From NCBI RefSeq assembly GCF_963853765.1, contig NC_088858.1:25110001-25174000 (forward strand): a stretch of DNA of 64,000 nt, read 5' to 3'. Positions 1 to 13,800 of this stretch are shown in pieces. The notes below the pieces were generated by a model. That model saw only the letters and a program-made list of their open reading frames with translations, did not search any database and was not told the DNA's origin. The stretch is from Magallana gigas (lineage: Eukaryota). The number at the start of each line of letters is the position of its first letter. Positions within the stretch are counted from its first letter, which is position 1. The translations under genes were made by a program, and so were the position numbers.

Positions 1-572
1 CATTGGCTTATACGTGACCTAGGCATAATGCTAACATGCTAGCAGACGTTAAAGGTTTTTTAAAAGGTAAAAACTTTAACGTCTGCTATATAAGTTTAAG
101 GGACGGCGTTGTCAAGCGTTCTAAAGTACCTCAACGTTGTACATGTGTACATGCAAAAATATTATTAAAACAGTTGACGTATGTTTTTTTTTAAGTTAAT
201 GGTGAGCACAGCAAAGTTTGGAAAAAGTTACTACAACGTACATTTGCATTTAACTTACATGTCGAACGTTGACCTCAGGTGTATGGATATTTACATCACT
301 TGCATTACGATCTTGCAATTTGTTTAATGTGTTTGATAATTAAAATTGTTTATAAGAACATACTAAACGGATTCATAACTTTTAATGAAAAGTTTTTCAC
401 AGATAGATCTCCTCAAAATAAACGTTTTGAATGTTGTGAACAGAAGTCAATATCGCCAGAAATACAAATATAGGCGTGGGGTGATTTCTTTTATGTGTAC
501 GCTAAAGAAACTAGGATGCAAATTTTATGTTTATCAATTAACTAAATAATCAAGAACATAACTAAGTCATAC

Positions 573-3500
573 CTTTTTAGCAACAATGATGTCCTTTACT
601 TTGGATTTTATGTCGAGGCGTAAAAATTTGTCTACTTTGTGAATTTTTCTGTTAAAAAATTAAAATTTAAAATGTTTTTAAAAACAACAAATAATTATGT
701 ATTCATTTTTCTAGATTAAATACAATCCAAAGTATTTAAACTATCTTTCAAGTGTCATAATTTATCTAAAAAAAATTCCACAACTCCCCCCCCCCCCATT
801 TCCCGGATTTTTTTATGATGATTATTATTGTTAAAAACATAACATAAAATGTACTCACACTTTATTGACAAGACGTACTTCAGTTGCTGTGTTTGATTCA
901 ATGTCGTTAACATCTACAACATCAACTCTAGTTGTAAATGAATTTTAAACCAATTTTCAAATAACTAATTTTGCTTTCATATGACTTTATCTTAAAATTG
1001 GTGAATTTTTGTTTACTTTTAAAGAAAGCATAATGGCTAATAAAAGCGTAACGAAAATATTTGCTGCAACACAGGAAGACCATCGGCCACATCGCTTACC
1101 TGAACAAGGTGCCTTTTTACTAAGTAGTTGTGCTTGTTAGATTTAATGACAATATTGTGACAGCTTTATTTTACATTTATAGAGAAAAAGGAATTGCTGT
1201 GACGGCATACAACGTAATGGACAGATAAACAATTATATAGACATTCTACTGTGTTTTCCCATAAAATTCTGTGATTTTAAAGGCATCTATATGCAACAAC
1301 ATAATCACTGCGCATGTATTTACATGTACTTTACACAAGTAGTCCCCAAGCATTGATTTCTTTGTTATCAATATAAAAATATATTTCATACATATTGGTT
1401 AAACACCATGCATTACAAATATTCAACATTCAAGTCTTTTCTGTTGTAAAAAAAAAATTCAAGAGTCATTTTTAATGGATTATATTTTCAAGGCTCGTCT
1501 CAACAATCTATGTGATAACCAGTTTAAACCGGATTTAGAGAACAGTTGTTCTTGCTGTTACTTGTTTACTCCCTCCATGATCTGCAATTTATGCCGATTT
1601 ATTTAATAAAATAAATGGTTTCATCGACAAAGGAATGTAAATATAAGCATTAAATAATTTATTTTTGACGTCGTCGTGTCAATAAATGCCGTAAATTGAG
1701 CATTATTCAATTTGTCTGCTCGTAACGGAATTTATTGACACGACGACGTCAAAAATATATCAATTGATGCTACAGAGCGGAATGTGTCTGAAACTAGGTA
1801 CCACTAAATGCCTGATTATTCTATTACCCCTTATATATCGTTTATGATCTTACCTCCACTGGATTCGACTTCTATTTCTTTTTCACCAGGGACAGAATGT
1901 CTGATTAAACGGTAATGACTTTTAAATATGAGCATAATTTGTTAATTACTTTTTTCTTCAATTTTAATCTGAACATGTCTTCAATTAATTTAATATACAT
2001 ATTTAATACATTTAATATACATTTTATTTGATCAATCTTGTACATTGTATATATCAATTTAACTTTTCATACAGCAAAATTTTCAAATGCCCAAAATTCA
2101 TAAAAACTCTTACTTTACTTCCTGTTTCTTGTGTTTATTTTTGTTCTGAAGAATAACTTTGTCGTCTGCTTTGATAAATTCAATAACTCCATTGTTGGTG
2201 TAATGTAAAGTCTGGAAATATATGAAAAATTATTGCAATAATAATAAAATTAACAAGTTTTACATTTACATTGTCTTTTAAGTACACATCTACGAAACAA
2301 AATTCAAGATTTGTTTGAGCCGGAACAAGCTTACTCGTGTTTATCATATGCTAAAAAATCGTTTCATAAGAATTTGCCTTAAAAATGTTTTTACAGTAGT
2401 ACAATTCATATACGATACAACTTCCCGAAGGTACTTTATACTTTAAACTAAATCTTAATACTCATGTAACTACATGTACATGTAAGTAAATGTTAAATGG
2501 GTTTTTGTTTATACATTTAATACGACAAGCGTTTCCAATAAGCGTAAAAAAACCCAGGAAGATTCTTGACAAAGATGTTCTTAAACAAACACCCCTGGAT
2601 AGAAAAAAAGGATAAAATCAATATTCGACTATTAATAGAAGCAAACTTAAATGAAACTCCCAAACAATCAAAGCCACATTTGGATTTTTTTTTTACAAAT
2701 AAATACACTTTTCATTGAGTGGTAAAGATTTTGATATTGTCAGATTTACGACTAGATGTAAAACTGTTTGTTTACCTTGGCGTGTTTTCTATAGACTTGC
2801 CCGTCACTCTCGTGAAATTTATGCACTTTATAGCCCAAGGCAGTGTTCTGTATTGCATAACGATGATGTAAGTATCCTGCAAAACAAATTAGAAAAGTTT
2901 TAACTCAAGTGATACATCATACTACGTTTTATGGCAATTTATTGGTTCTTTGTGTAATCCAGTTTTCCTGTCTAGTGTCTTAATACATTCATTTTATTTA
3001 AAAGAGATAGATGGTCACTTCCAATTTCAATTTATAAACTAATTTACCTGCTTGAGAAGAACTTGCTAGGTATAAAAAGCATTTTGTTTTCTTTTCTGAA
3101 TTCTATCATACTTAGCACAGTAAGGCAGAATTGACAATTTGATAATGTAGAATCAATATTGTTGCTAAAATATATATCATTCCGGCTAAAAAAAATGAAG
3201 ATAGATTAATTTCGGAATTCTTTAGCGTTTGCTTATACTTCATAATATATCAATACTGTACGTACCCGAGTGGTCGTATTCCCAGTTGATAAAAGTCTGG
3301 CTACTTAAACTCTGAGGCTACAAAATATCGAAATCTTTGGCATTATAATGTCAGACCCGACTTACATTCCACCATTTTCCTTTTATTATCTCCACGGCGT
3401 TAGGATTATATTTCATTTTATACGATACTTTTTTATATGATATATAGTTTCAATGGAATAGAAATGCATATCAATCTTAAGAATTATTATAAATACATGA

Positions 3501-6500
3501 ACCAAGCTCTTTCTTGCAAATACAAAGTACTGAAGGTTTTAGACATGTGGGTTGTTTATTCTTTTTTTTAAATGTTACTTCATGAACAAACTTAAAGAAA
3601 ATGGAAAGAAAAAACTATCAAACCTTTCCTATGGCTGAAAACACACTGGCAAGGACCTTTTTAAGATTAATGACCTCATGATGATCTTCCTTGTGATGGC
3701 CTATATCTTTAATTAGACCATCTTCAGAAAGCTCAAACTCGAATCTGTAACCATAAAATAAATATTCAATTTAAAAAAAAACCTTCTAATTAACACAGTT
3801 TAATTTATATGCAGTATCTGATAAAAAGTAATGTTGCAAAATGTGACGTTTTAAGTAAAAATAGTTTAAACAGTAAAATTTACCCTTTTTCAAAGTTCCA
3901 TCCAGCTGGGTTGCTCTTAGCTATAGTGATAATGTAAATATATAACAAAATATATTAGAATATTTGTTTACTGCTTTGAAAATTTATGTCACATTAACTT
4001 TAAAATTCATGTATCATATTTTTGAAGATTTGTAGATAGATTTCATGCATCTTTAAAGAGTTACTTTTTCCACCAGCTGACTGTGTAAAGCTATCCAAAT
4101 GTATCTGACAGAGGAGCGACCCATTGTTTCTCACTAGTGGCAGGACACTGAACTATAAAGAAATGGAAATATTTTTAAACCAGGATCATATTTATGGGAT
4201 AGTTGACCTTTAAAGGGGCATGGTCACGATTTTTTCCCGATTTTAATGTTTACAACATGATTCAGTAAAGCATTTTAAATAGACAACCAAAAATTTTGAG
4301 TGTGATTTATTGAGATATAAGCGAGTTACAAAGCTTACAGTTCTTTGCTTTGTAAACAAAGCTTTTGTTCCCGTTTTAATTTTTGATGTGAAAATTCCTG
4401 TTTTTGACTTAAAATGAATGTGTTAAACGTTAGAAAACTGTTTATTTATGCTAAATTGAATAAAAATGGAAAAATCAGCCTCAAAAAGGTTCAAATAGGT
4501 TTTTTTTTACTGGTATACTGAACCTAACTACGTAAGCAAAAACAGGGCCTGAGCCTTGTTGTCATGAAAAAATAGGTGATCCCTTTATCTTCCTTGTAAC
4601 TCTTAGACTGAATCTCAAATTTAAGTTGATCAAAAGAAATGCATTCCTTAATCATTGCAAATATTAAAACCAGAAAAATAGAATTTGACCAAAACCGTGA
4701 CCATGCCCCTTTAATTAATTGAGTAAAAATCAAATTATGTCACCATTTGTATACTAGTTAAAACAATCCAGATCTAGGCACTTACTGAAAAGCAAAAATT
4801 AGTCGTGGTTCAAAATTCGTAGTTCATATTCGACAAAAAACCAGTCAGAATTGAATATAACGGTTAAAATTGTAATTATATCATTAATTTTTATGTACCA
4901 ATGCATCTCTAGTCTTTTAAGTTATGAATTATGAAATTCATATAAACTGTTCAATGAAAAATGACAATAACAAACTGTCAAATATCTCAAATATCCATAA
5001 AACGAAATACAAATTCAAAGCAGAGCAAACCGGACCTCTAAAAAGATAGAGGTAGGATCAGGTGCCATGGAGGAGTGAGCTTCCTCTGCTGACCGGTCAC
5101 ACCCGCCGTGTGCTATTTGTCGAAATCGGGGAAAAACAAAAAAAAACCGTTGACAATTAGGTGATTAATTATGGTCTAACAATCAGTATTAAAATTTGCT
5201 CACAACCAGTCTATGATCACTCTTCCGAACTAAACTTTAAAAAACGCCTTGCTATTTTGAGAATTAATTTCTTAATGACATATCTTAGACACAAAAATAC
5301 AAACAACACGTACCGTTTTCTTATTGTTGTATTTATTTTACAGATATTCGTGTGCTCCCATATTGATAACTTAAAATCTAATAAGATTTTTTACCAAATT
5401 TTGCAAATTAAAAAATGTTTCAAGGATTATAAACTTACAATTAAGAAGAATAGAATTTTTTTTAGAAAATCAAAAGCGCTATATAGTCGTAATTCCATTT
5501 TTAGATAAAATTAGTCTTGTAAAATAATTTCATCGATAAGAGCTTTGTAAAAATAGTTCAAATCATTAACCTCAAATATTTGGAATTTGAATACCATACT
5601 AGATGACTGTTATGAATTTATATCTAAAAATGTTGGTTTGTTCATTACCTAGTCTTTCAATGACCCGTTTTAAAACACAGTTTGTGTTCTGTCCTATTCA
5701 TAATCTTGTTAATTTTTGTAACTTCTAGTTCGAAAATGTATGCAAACTAAAGTTACAAAAATATGTATATATGAACACATAACGTGTCTGAACAATCTTT
5801 ATCTCATTAGAAAAAGAAATAAATAAAATCTCCATATTGTAGTTTGTAACATAAAAAACAAATCTACAACTTTAATTTATATAACTATTTTTTGATAATG
5901 TTACAAAATGTGTCGACTTCAAGATCGACGAACGTGTATCTGCATACGCATTTGGCAACGATATATAATAATAATGTTGTGTTATGCTAATATTTTGTTG
6001 CAATTTACATTTATGTATAGGTAAAAATCAAGAGCTGTGTTTACTGAATTATGTACAAATGCTACTGACTGTCTAGGAAAACACGGATTTCATAAACAAA
6101 AGGGGCTCAAGGGCTCAATTAACTATATTTTTTTTATAAAGCAATCAAACTAATATAGGGTTTGAGTGGATGTTTATGTATTATATCTTCTTTTTAGAAA
6201 AAAAATTGACCTTGAAGAAATGTCACCTTGCTGCAATAACGACCGGTTTTAAATTTCACATAACAGCTAAACAGCAAAGAACAATGTCGTGCCATACCCC
6301 ACTAGCAGTATTTAATACCCCTGCAAATTTAAAAAATGAGAAATGGGTCAATGACATTTGAAACTGAGTCTAATTATTCTTGTTGGTCGGCACATAAGTA
6401 GCATTATACAACTATATATTGTATAGGATCTCTTGTTCTCTCTATCTCTCTCACTTAAAAGGGGGTGGGGGTATTAGCATTGTTTAGTGATATGTAAATA

Positions 6501-9500
6501 GTATAGAAGTAATCTGATGGTATCCAACGAAGGCTTGCTGTTTTCAATGAAATCAATTTAAATCTACCTTGAGAGGGTGTCTTGTATTTCAAATAAATAA
6601 GCATTATTGCAACAATATAATTAAAATATGTACCCACTTTGAGCTTGTGCCCGAACCGCGTAAACAGATCAGACTCAAATTTGCATCTTTACAACTTTAC
6701 GAAGTACATGTACATGTATATCATCATAGACCCTGTATTAAATGATTTATTACAGATAATTTTTTTTTAAAATCTTTCTTAAGCGTTTATATTATCGTTA
6801 CACATATTTGTTTCTTTTTCACATGACATGTAGAATAATTGCAAAATATCTAAAGCTAGTCTAAAGTTGGTGATATTGGAATCCATCCCTATATTTTTGG
6901 GATAAATTCGGTTATACTACCAGAACCAGCCTTAACCTTAGTTGTGTTATCCTAATGATAATCGGATTAGCTTTTAATTTAGTCAAACAATCGGGTTTGG
7001 TGTTAGCAATTTATATCGGATTCAGCATCCTTTTTAATCACATTCTTCTTCCACGATGCTGGATCATCAAATGGAATTTCACCCAAACCCATCCATCCTA
7101 TTTCATTTGTGTGTTAGGATTGCATTACTTTGAACGACTGCCAGATTAAGTGAATTTTACCCACTTTGTGCTTGTATGTGATAGGGTATGGCGGTCGCCC
7201 GCTTGGACACGTGGGTTCTCTCCGGGTACTCCGGCTTCTTCCCACATCAATGACCCCCTCGCGCTAACATCCGTGCCAACGAGAGATATTGATATAAGTT
7301 GTAGAACTTGCTTATCAATCGTTGTAAAATAAATAAAGTTCAGTTAAAAAAAAAAGAAAAAAAAAGTGAATTTTACTATTGTCTTTTCATTTCAATGAAC
7401 TTGCTTACTTTGCAGCAAAATTTAAGATGTGTAGTTATTACCATGCACGTGGCTCATATTTGAATTTATTTATTTGGATTCATGTTTTAATAGCTAAAAG
7501 AAAATTTAATAATTATCATAAATTATTAAATTATGTTTACTTGGTAATAAGGAAAACAATCAAAAATTGTTCAACTTTGATTAGAAGGTAATTTTTCTTA
7601 AAGTACCAGTAATAGAGACAGCCAAGTTTTATTTACACCCTTGTCGAGTCTTTGATTAAAATCAGATTAATTTAGTTGCGCATTTGTGTAGTTTCGGTTC
7701 TGTTCTATTCTCCGTCCTGTGTTTTAGCAACACCCCTAACAATCTAAAAACCAAGAACCCGGAAGTTTAAAAAAGGCTTTACAAATAATCTCCAAGTTGA
7801 AATGGTTAATTACCCAACGTAAGTACAGGTATATAATGATTTTAATTTAGATTGCGGCTCAATTTCCCTAGTCTAAGGTTTTTTTTATCAAGTTTCGTTT
7901 TTAAAGAACCGATCACGCGTGCATATCAATTCGTTTAATTGGTAGACTTGGTGTCATTTGAAAAAAAAATTTAATAGTTTTTCAGAGAAAAACTACGAAG
8001 ATTTTCGAAAAACAATTTTTGAAAGCTTGACATACATAAAGTATTTCTAAAAGTTAGAAGTATTTGCTTAGCAAGTTTTTATTTAAGTTAAAACGTTATC
8101 TGAAGATTGAACTGTGTCAATTTTAATGAGCCTTGCAAGGAATCTAAAATAGGAATTTAAAACCGTTCATGGGTTCGATCTTTTGTTAGTGCGTGTCAGT
8201 AAATATTCAATACGGGGGAACGATATACGACAATTTGCACGCATACTTCATATACACATGCATATTTTTGAAACTTTGTGAAATTTAAAGTATAGTGTCT
8301 TTAAATCTATCACCTTAATAAGTGCGAGTATATTTAGGTAGCAAAATTTGTTTTTGTTAATGCAATGGTGCCATCTTCTTGGTCCTTATGAACTAAAACG
8401 AAGTATTTTTTTCATCACGTTTTCTTACCTTTCTATATAAATCATCGGTATAAAGTGTGTGAAAGTAAGTAAACCATCGTTTATTGCTATTCTGTACAAT
8501 ACGTCGGAAGTAGAGCCCAGAATAAAATCCGAGGAATATAATCATAATATATATGATTTATGAGTTGACAGTGCAATATTTGCATGCATAATATTTGTAA
8601 AAAACATTCCTCAAACTCTGCTAATTAATACGTTTTATTTCTTGTTAAAAGTCCCAACAATTTGTATATGCCATACTAATTTACATTAAATATGTAATCT
8701 TTGTCTGAAAAAAAAACTTTAACTCTGCTAAATGATACGTTTTATTTAGTGTTGAAAGACACAGGAATTTGTATATGCACACACTAATTAAAATCATGTA
8801 CGTAATCTTTGTCTGAAAGAAACTTTAACTATGTTAAAATAAAATGTTTGATTTCTTGTTAAAATACCGAGGATTTAATATGTACAATGATAATAATTAT
8901 GCTCAACGCACAAACTGATTCCATGATACTAGACAGATCCAAATTTTTACTCAAAAGCAGATCATAAAAATTGATTTATTTTAATTAGCAGAGAAATTAA
9001 TAAATGATGTAAAAATCAAAAACATGGCTTTTCTCCTGCCAGATATGTTTTTGCAATTACCATTTTCAAAATGTACATTTAGAAATTCATGTCGATTATT
9101 ACACGTTTAACGTAAATTTGATAAGATAGTATATGTTATCATTAAAATTTTTGAAATCGTTCAATTTTCTTTGCATTTCCACACTTTCAGCACTTATAAA
9201 ATACATATAATATAGTTTTTTATTCAATGCTATTTGCATTAAATCTTGTCTTGCTTCACATTTATTTTACAGAAACAAAACCAAAAATATCTCTTTGGTC
9301 ATGTATGGAAACCTTATACAATTATCTTTTTTTTTATTTCAGTAAACTTTGCTCCCAATTCACAGACTTATGCAATGTACGCCGAATGATTCTTTATTTG
9401 ACTTTTTATTTTTCCATTTGGTATACAGGGTGTTGTTCATAACCGAGCAGACTACTTAAATCTGAAAGTAGAACATTCTGGTTTATCCTAATTCCGTTCA

Positions 9501-10547
9501 TTGTTGGGTGACTTCTGATCGATTTTCTTTTGAATTAAAGAATGGATCACTCAGTAGATGTAGATATTGTCTCCTTTTAAATTGTAAAATGAATATAAGC
9601 TCGAAACACATTTACATAATATTTACATTTGATGATCGTGATCGTGAAAAAGATTTTGAATTTATTAGTTCAATAAAACAAATGGGAAAATCAGGAACAA
9701 ATTTAAATAAGTATTAAGCAGCAATACTTTTGATATATAGTAGATGTAAAATTTATTGGTAACTGATAATTTTTAAATAATCTTCCTAAAAAGCTGCTCT
9801 TAAAAGAGCATGTATCTAGAGATCACTATAATACAAGTAAAACACTGAACGCTTTCCAAGAACCCTTGTTTCGTTTTCAGTAACGTTTGAGTATGCAAGA
9901 GGCGGGACATATGTTTTCTATGGTATGAATGATAAAACGAGGCACAATGCAGAATTGCGAAATTTTAAGTAAATTCCAAACCCAGCTAATCCCCTTACCC
10001 CAACAATCGGCTTGATTTGCTGTAACACTGGTACGAAAAAACGGACATTAATTGAGATGTCCAAAAAGGAAAACAGTTTCACTGCGTATTGCTTTCGAAT
10101 CTATTGTCCTTTAAGGGTTTGATACTTGTTTTAAAAAATCGTTCTTAAAACTGATGTTCAAAGCTGTAAACGATATTCGTATTTATTTCTACAACCAGTA
10201 GTTACAATAAAGTCAACTTCCAGAGCAAAAAAAAAAAAAGATAAAGTAGTATTTGATATCCAGATGATAATTTCAATACCCGGTGTGCATTACACTTCGA
10301 GTTTGAACGTTCAATTTTTGCACTGTCTACAAATACACTTGCTATATACAATACAAAATGATAATTGTAAAGAATATTTTACCTTGACAATGGTAAGCAC
10401 TTGGAAGTCCGCTAGTACCACTGAGTCGGCTTTGTATTCATAATGATACTCGTAACCGATTTCAAAATTATATGCACAGGTCTCTCTACGCAAGAAAAGT
10501 AGCCAAAATCCACACAGAGTAAAAAGATAAACAAAACGTCCCATCAT
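573..10547 (-). CDS. Gene A (5' part; continues off the left edge): secreted or membrane giant protein with vitellogenin/LLT-like N-terminal domain; paralog of gene C
   Basis: Phase-consistent GT-AG exon chain: 10383-10544/10547 (MGRFVYLFTLCGFWLLFLRRETCAYNFEIGYEYHYEY, signal peptide), 4065-4152, 3884-3920, 3624-3744 (FEFELSEDGLIKDIGHHKEDHHEVINLKKVLASVFSA), 3266-3317, 2776-2876, 2114-2211, 1854-1900, 859-913, 573-648. The last four match gene C exons in length and sequence. Confidence 0.85.
1661..1756. repeat. Near-perfect inverted repeat (32-bp arms, 32-bp spacer); foldback MITE-like, in a gene A intron
   Basis: atttttgacgtcgtcgtgtcaataaatgccgt (1661-1692) versus acggaatttattgacacgacgacgtcaaaaat (1725-1756), 1 mismatch. 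Confidence 0.8.
4214..4710. mobile_element. Non-autonomous DNA transposon (MITE), Kolobok-like
   Basis: TIRs AGGGGCATGGTCACG and CGTGACCATGCCCCT flanked by TTAA on both sides (4210-4213, 4711-4714); purine-purine termini with a TTAA TSD fit Kolobok. Confidence 0.8.
5020..5130. repeat. Remnant of an interspersed retroelement-like repeat
   Basis: GC-rich island gaggtaggatcaggtgccatggaggagtgagcttcctctgctgaccggtcacacccgccgtg in AT-rich intron; resembles oyster repeats from memory, not verified. Confidence 0.35.
7161..7363 (+). mobile_element. 5'-truncated SINE/LINE-type retroposon with poly-A tail and 13-bp TSD
   Basis: TSD aagtgaattttac at 7148-7160 and 7364-7376; internal gggttctctccgggtactccggcttcttcccaca SINE-like motif; aataaa followed by an A-rich tail. 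Confidence 0.85.
8617..8885. repeat. Degenerate tandem repeat, about 105-110-bp unit, about 2.5 copies
   Basis: Recurring ctctgctaa..atacgttt..atttgtatatgc..gtaatctttgtctgaaa..aaactttaact. Confidence 0.7.
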
Positions 10548-10835
10548 GATTACAAGAGTCCCATTCTGCTACACATCACTTTGGCGACCTGGATACACCA
10601 GGAAGTGCAAAGACCATGCCTGTTAGAATATGCGCATTAAAACCAGTTTTCTATGATTGACGTTTACTGCTTTCATGCGTTGTGCCTTTAAATGGATCAT
10701 AAACTAGGCAGAGGTCGCTCTTTTTTGGACAAGCAGGAAGATTAAATGTGAATTATAATATGTGAAAGAATTCTTGCCTACAGAGGTGTAAATGTGCTAC
10801 TAATGGTGTGCAAAGACTTAATATAGGACTACAGG
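10548..10835. promoter_or_regulatory. Probable bidirectional promoter between genes A and B
   Basis: Divergent ATGs at 10547 (minus) and 10836 (plus), each starting a signal peptide; the 288-bp spacer has a TATA-like aattataatat near 10751. Transcription starts are not known. Confidence 0.6.
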
Positions 10836-13800
10836 ATGGCAGCTGTTCACTTTGCTTTGTCTGTACTTTCTGTTTGTGTGTTTTTGACTTTCGGGTTTGG
10901 CAATGAGATTTTCTCAGAAGAGTACAAAATAGAAGAGGACATGCATGGGAGAGAACTGGTGGTTGCAAGCCGTGGACGGATCCGTAAAACAATCGACTTA
11001 AATGATCAGAGTATCGTAGCTGTGAGCAATAATTTAAATCATTTAGTAAAAACTTATATTCATATTTTTATTCATCAATAAAAAAAGTCATTTACAAATG
11101 TATTTTCTTGACTTTCGTTTTGAAAACGGTCTGACATTGTTTAAATATTTTAGCCTTCGATGTACCTATAATGCTAGTGATATGAATTTTTAATGAATGA
11201 CTAGCAAACGCTAGCATACTAAATGAAATATGCAAATATTATTACACTAGACTCATATTTTTCTGCAGAAAACGATGTGTAAAGATAATACTATAAAGGT
11301 CTCCTTGGCATCAAACATGCATGAAGATGAGTGGAAAATAGGCGACCTTGTTGTAGGAAGTTCTGCCTTGGGCTGCCGTTTGTCCTTCACAAACTCAGAT
11401 GGAGGAGTGTTTGGAAAAATTACTTATTTAAAGACCCAACGAAAGGGCCTTTTATATATAACTGTAGAAAATGCTAGGTAATCCATAATTATGCAGCGAT
11501 TTTATCAATCTTTAAAATAATTAAAACAATCGTATTATATAGCTGTTTAAAAATATGATTGCTAAGTCTATATTTATTTTCCGATTTTTTTTTTCAAAAG
11601 TCCTCTTGATGTTCTAGAAGAGGCCAATATATCACTTCATGTAAAACATCGAAGAACAAAACGCAGCAACACAAATTTTCTCTCAAACATCTTGGATAGC
11701 ATTAATTGGGAAGAAACATCAAACACGACCATACTGTTCAACAAAGACAAAAAACCTTTCTCTATTCTAAAGATGACGAACAACCCGACATTAGATGTAG
11801 GAATACTTGACTCCATAAATACAAGTCCGAACGCAGAGACGCATTTTAACTTCACCTGTACTTCTTGCTTTGGAAAAGTTGAGTTAGCTTATCATCTGTA
11901 AGTATATGTTGAAATCTTACCGTATAAGATGATAAAAAAAAAGAATAAAAATACGGTAATCTGGTCACGCAGTAGCTATAGCTTTTTGTTTAGATATTTT
12001 TTTTTAATGCAATCAATATTGCTTTATTAAATAAGAGCATTATAAAATAAAGAATATTCGTATACATTGTAAGTTACAATATGCCTTCATTTCGATTACA
12101 TAATACTGGTATGTAATATTTAATTGATATATACATGTAATTTGTTAACAATTTGAACAGGGAAATGAGAATAAAGAGAGATGTCGATACAAACAAACCA
12201 ATTGTGAAATCCTACCTCTCTCAAGTGGAAGGCGAGACCACAAACTACTATCAGTTTTCGATCCAATCACACAAAGAACTGACTCTTCTAGTTGACGAGA
12301 AAGTGATGGAAACGGATCCTTTGTTTCTTCATCCAATCACGTTAGCGACATTCAAACGATTTCCACCTTTACAACTTACAATCCGTGTCCAATCGAGCAC
12401 GTACTTAACTGCCAGCATCATTACACATTCTTCTAAAGAGTTTAAGTTTGGGGATACTTTCCAAACGTCAGGGAAGTTTGTTGTGTGTGAGTATTAATTC
12501 AGGTGTTGTTATAACTGTGTCTTTAAAGAATAGTTTTGGGGTTGTTTTTCACCAAATATTAAAATACGATTAGCTTTCATTTTAATTTAAAAAAATAATT
12601 ATTTATCTGAATTAAGAAATCATTTTAGCACTTTGATATAAGTCTTTCTACTTATGATGCATTTTTAAAATAGAAAAAAATGAATGAGTTGAAATCCTAA
12701 TTGAGCATTTTCCCTATTTTTCATTTGTTTGTCAGGAAATTTTTTGCTTTTTTTATTTGAAAAAATACGTCGTATATACCTTTACAGTTCAATAGATATC
12801 TTTATGCCAATTTATTGATCTTGAAGATTACCAATGAAGACTCTTTAACAAATAATCTCCATAAACTGCAGTTTGTTGATTTTTTCCTTGAAAATCAACT
12901 CAATCGTCATTGACAAAATATTGTCATTTTCATTAATGACGAATCAAAACTTACTACAAATAAACTACATCACAAACACAGATTATATGAAAATTTAAAC
13001 GTAATAAAATGACTTATTGAACAGGTACTCCGGGGTCTACCTTGTTAGTTAGAAGCATATGAAAAATGTGGAGATCACCAGGTTAAATGTATACAAAAAT
13101 AGTAAACAACAATGGCAAGGTGATTTCCCTTAATATAAACATATAACACTTATTGTGGTATATACAAAGTTCCGACATACATCCAATGCCTATAAGATTC
13201 CCGCCATCCATAAAAACTTAAACTTTTATTTTTTAAGAGTTAACATCATAGTTTACTTTAACTTTGATATTACAATATGTTTTAGCTAATCAGCATAGTC
13301 AACATAATGGATTACCAACAAATCATATTTCTACATATGATTGGCAGACAAACCACGTTCAAAACGATGCCGTTGAGTCCAATGATTTGTTTTCAATGAG
13401 TTTCAACATTTCCCAACAGGTACAAATGTTCCTTTTTTTAATTATAAATCTACGATCTATTGAATTTATGCAATTTGACAATTTTTGTTTGTTTGACAGA
13501 TTAGTTTAAAACCTTTCATTGAATGGGCAGAACGAGACATTAGACTTGATTTTGGATCACCCTTTACAATAAGGTAAATGAAAAAACCAGTTTGTTTTAT
13601 ATCCGTACAATATTCTTTGATGAAACAAAATAATTTATTTATCTTTCACCAAATTATATTCATATAAATGACATATACATATACTACAATGAGACACCTC
13701 TTTTGTAGGTTACAGCAAGAACTTAATTTAAAGTCAACAGTTTCTGATGTTTCACTGTGTTCCAACGTAGAGTCTCGTTTAACGAGCGCTTTCTCGTCAG

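Noticed and set aside
8428-8495. Candidate minus-strand exon NSNKRWFTYFHTLYTDDLYRK with a GTAAGA donor in intron 1 of A
   Set aside because: Exon 1 already joins 4152 in phase with sensible sequence, and there is no homology support; at most a cryptic exon.
573-10547. Genes A and C as true vitellogenin or apolipophorin
   Set aside because: Only the LLT-like N-terminus fits; C has no VWD domain and instead has FN3-like repeats, EGF and a TM.
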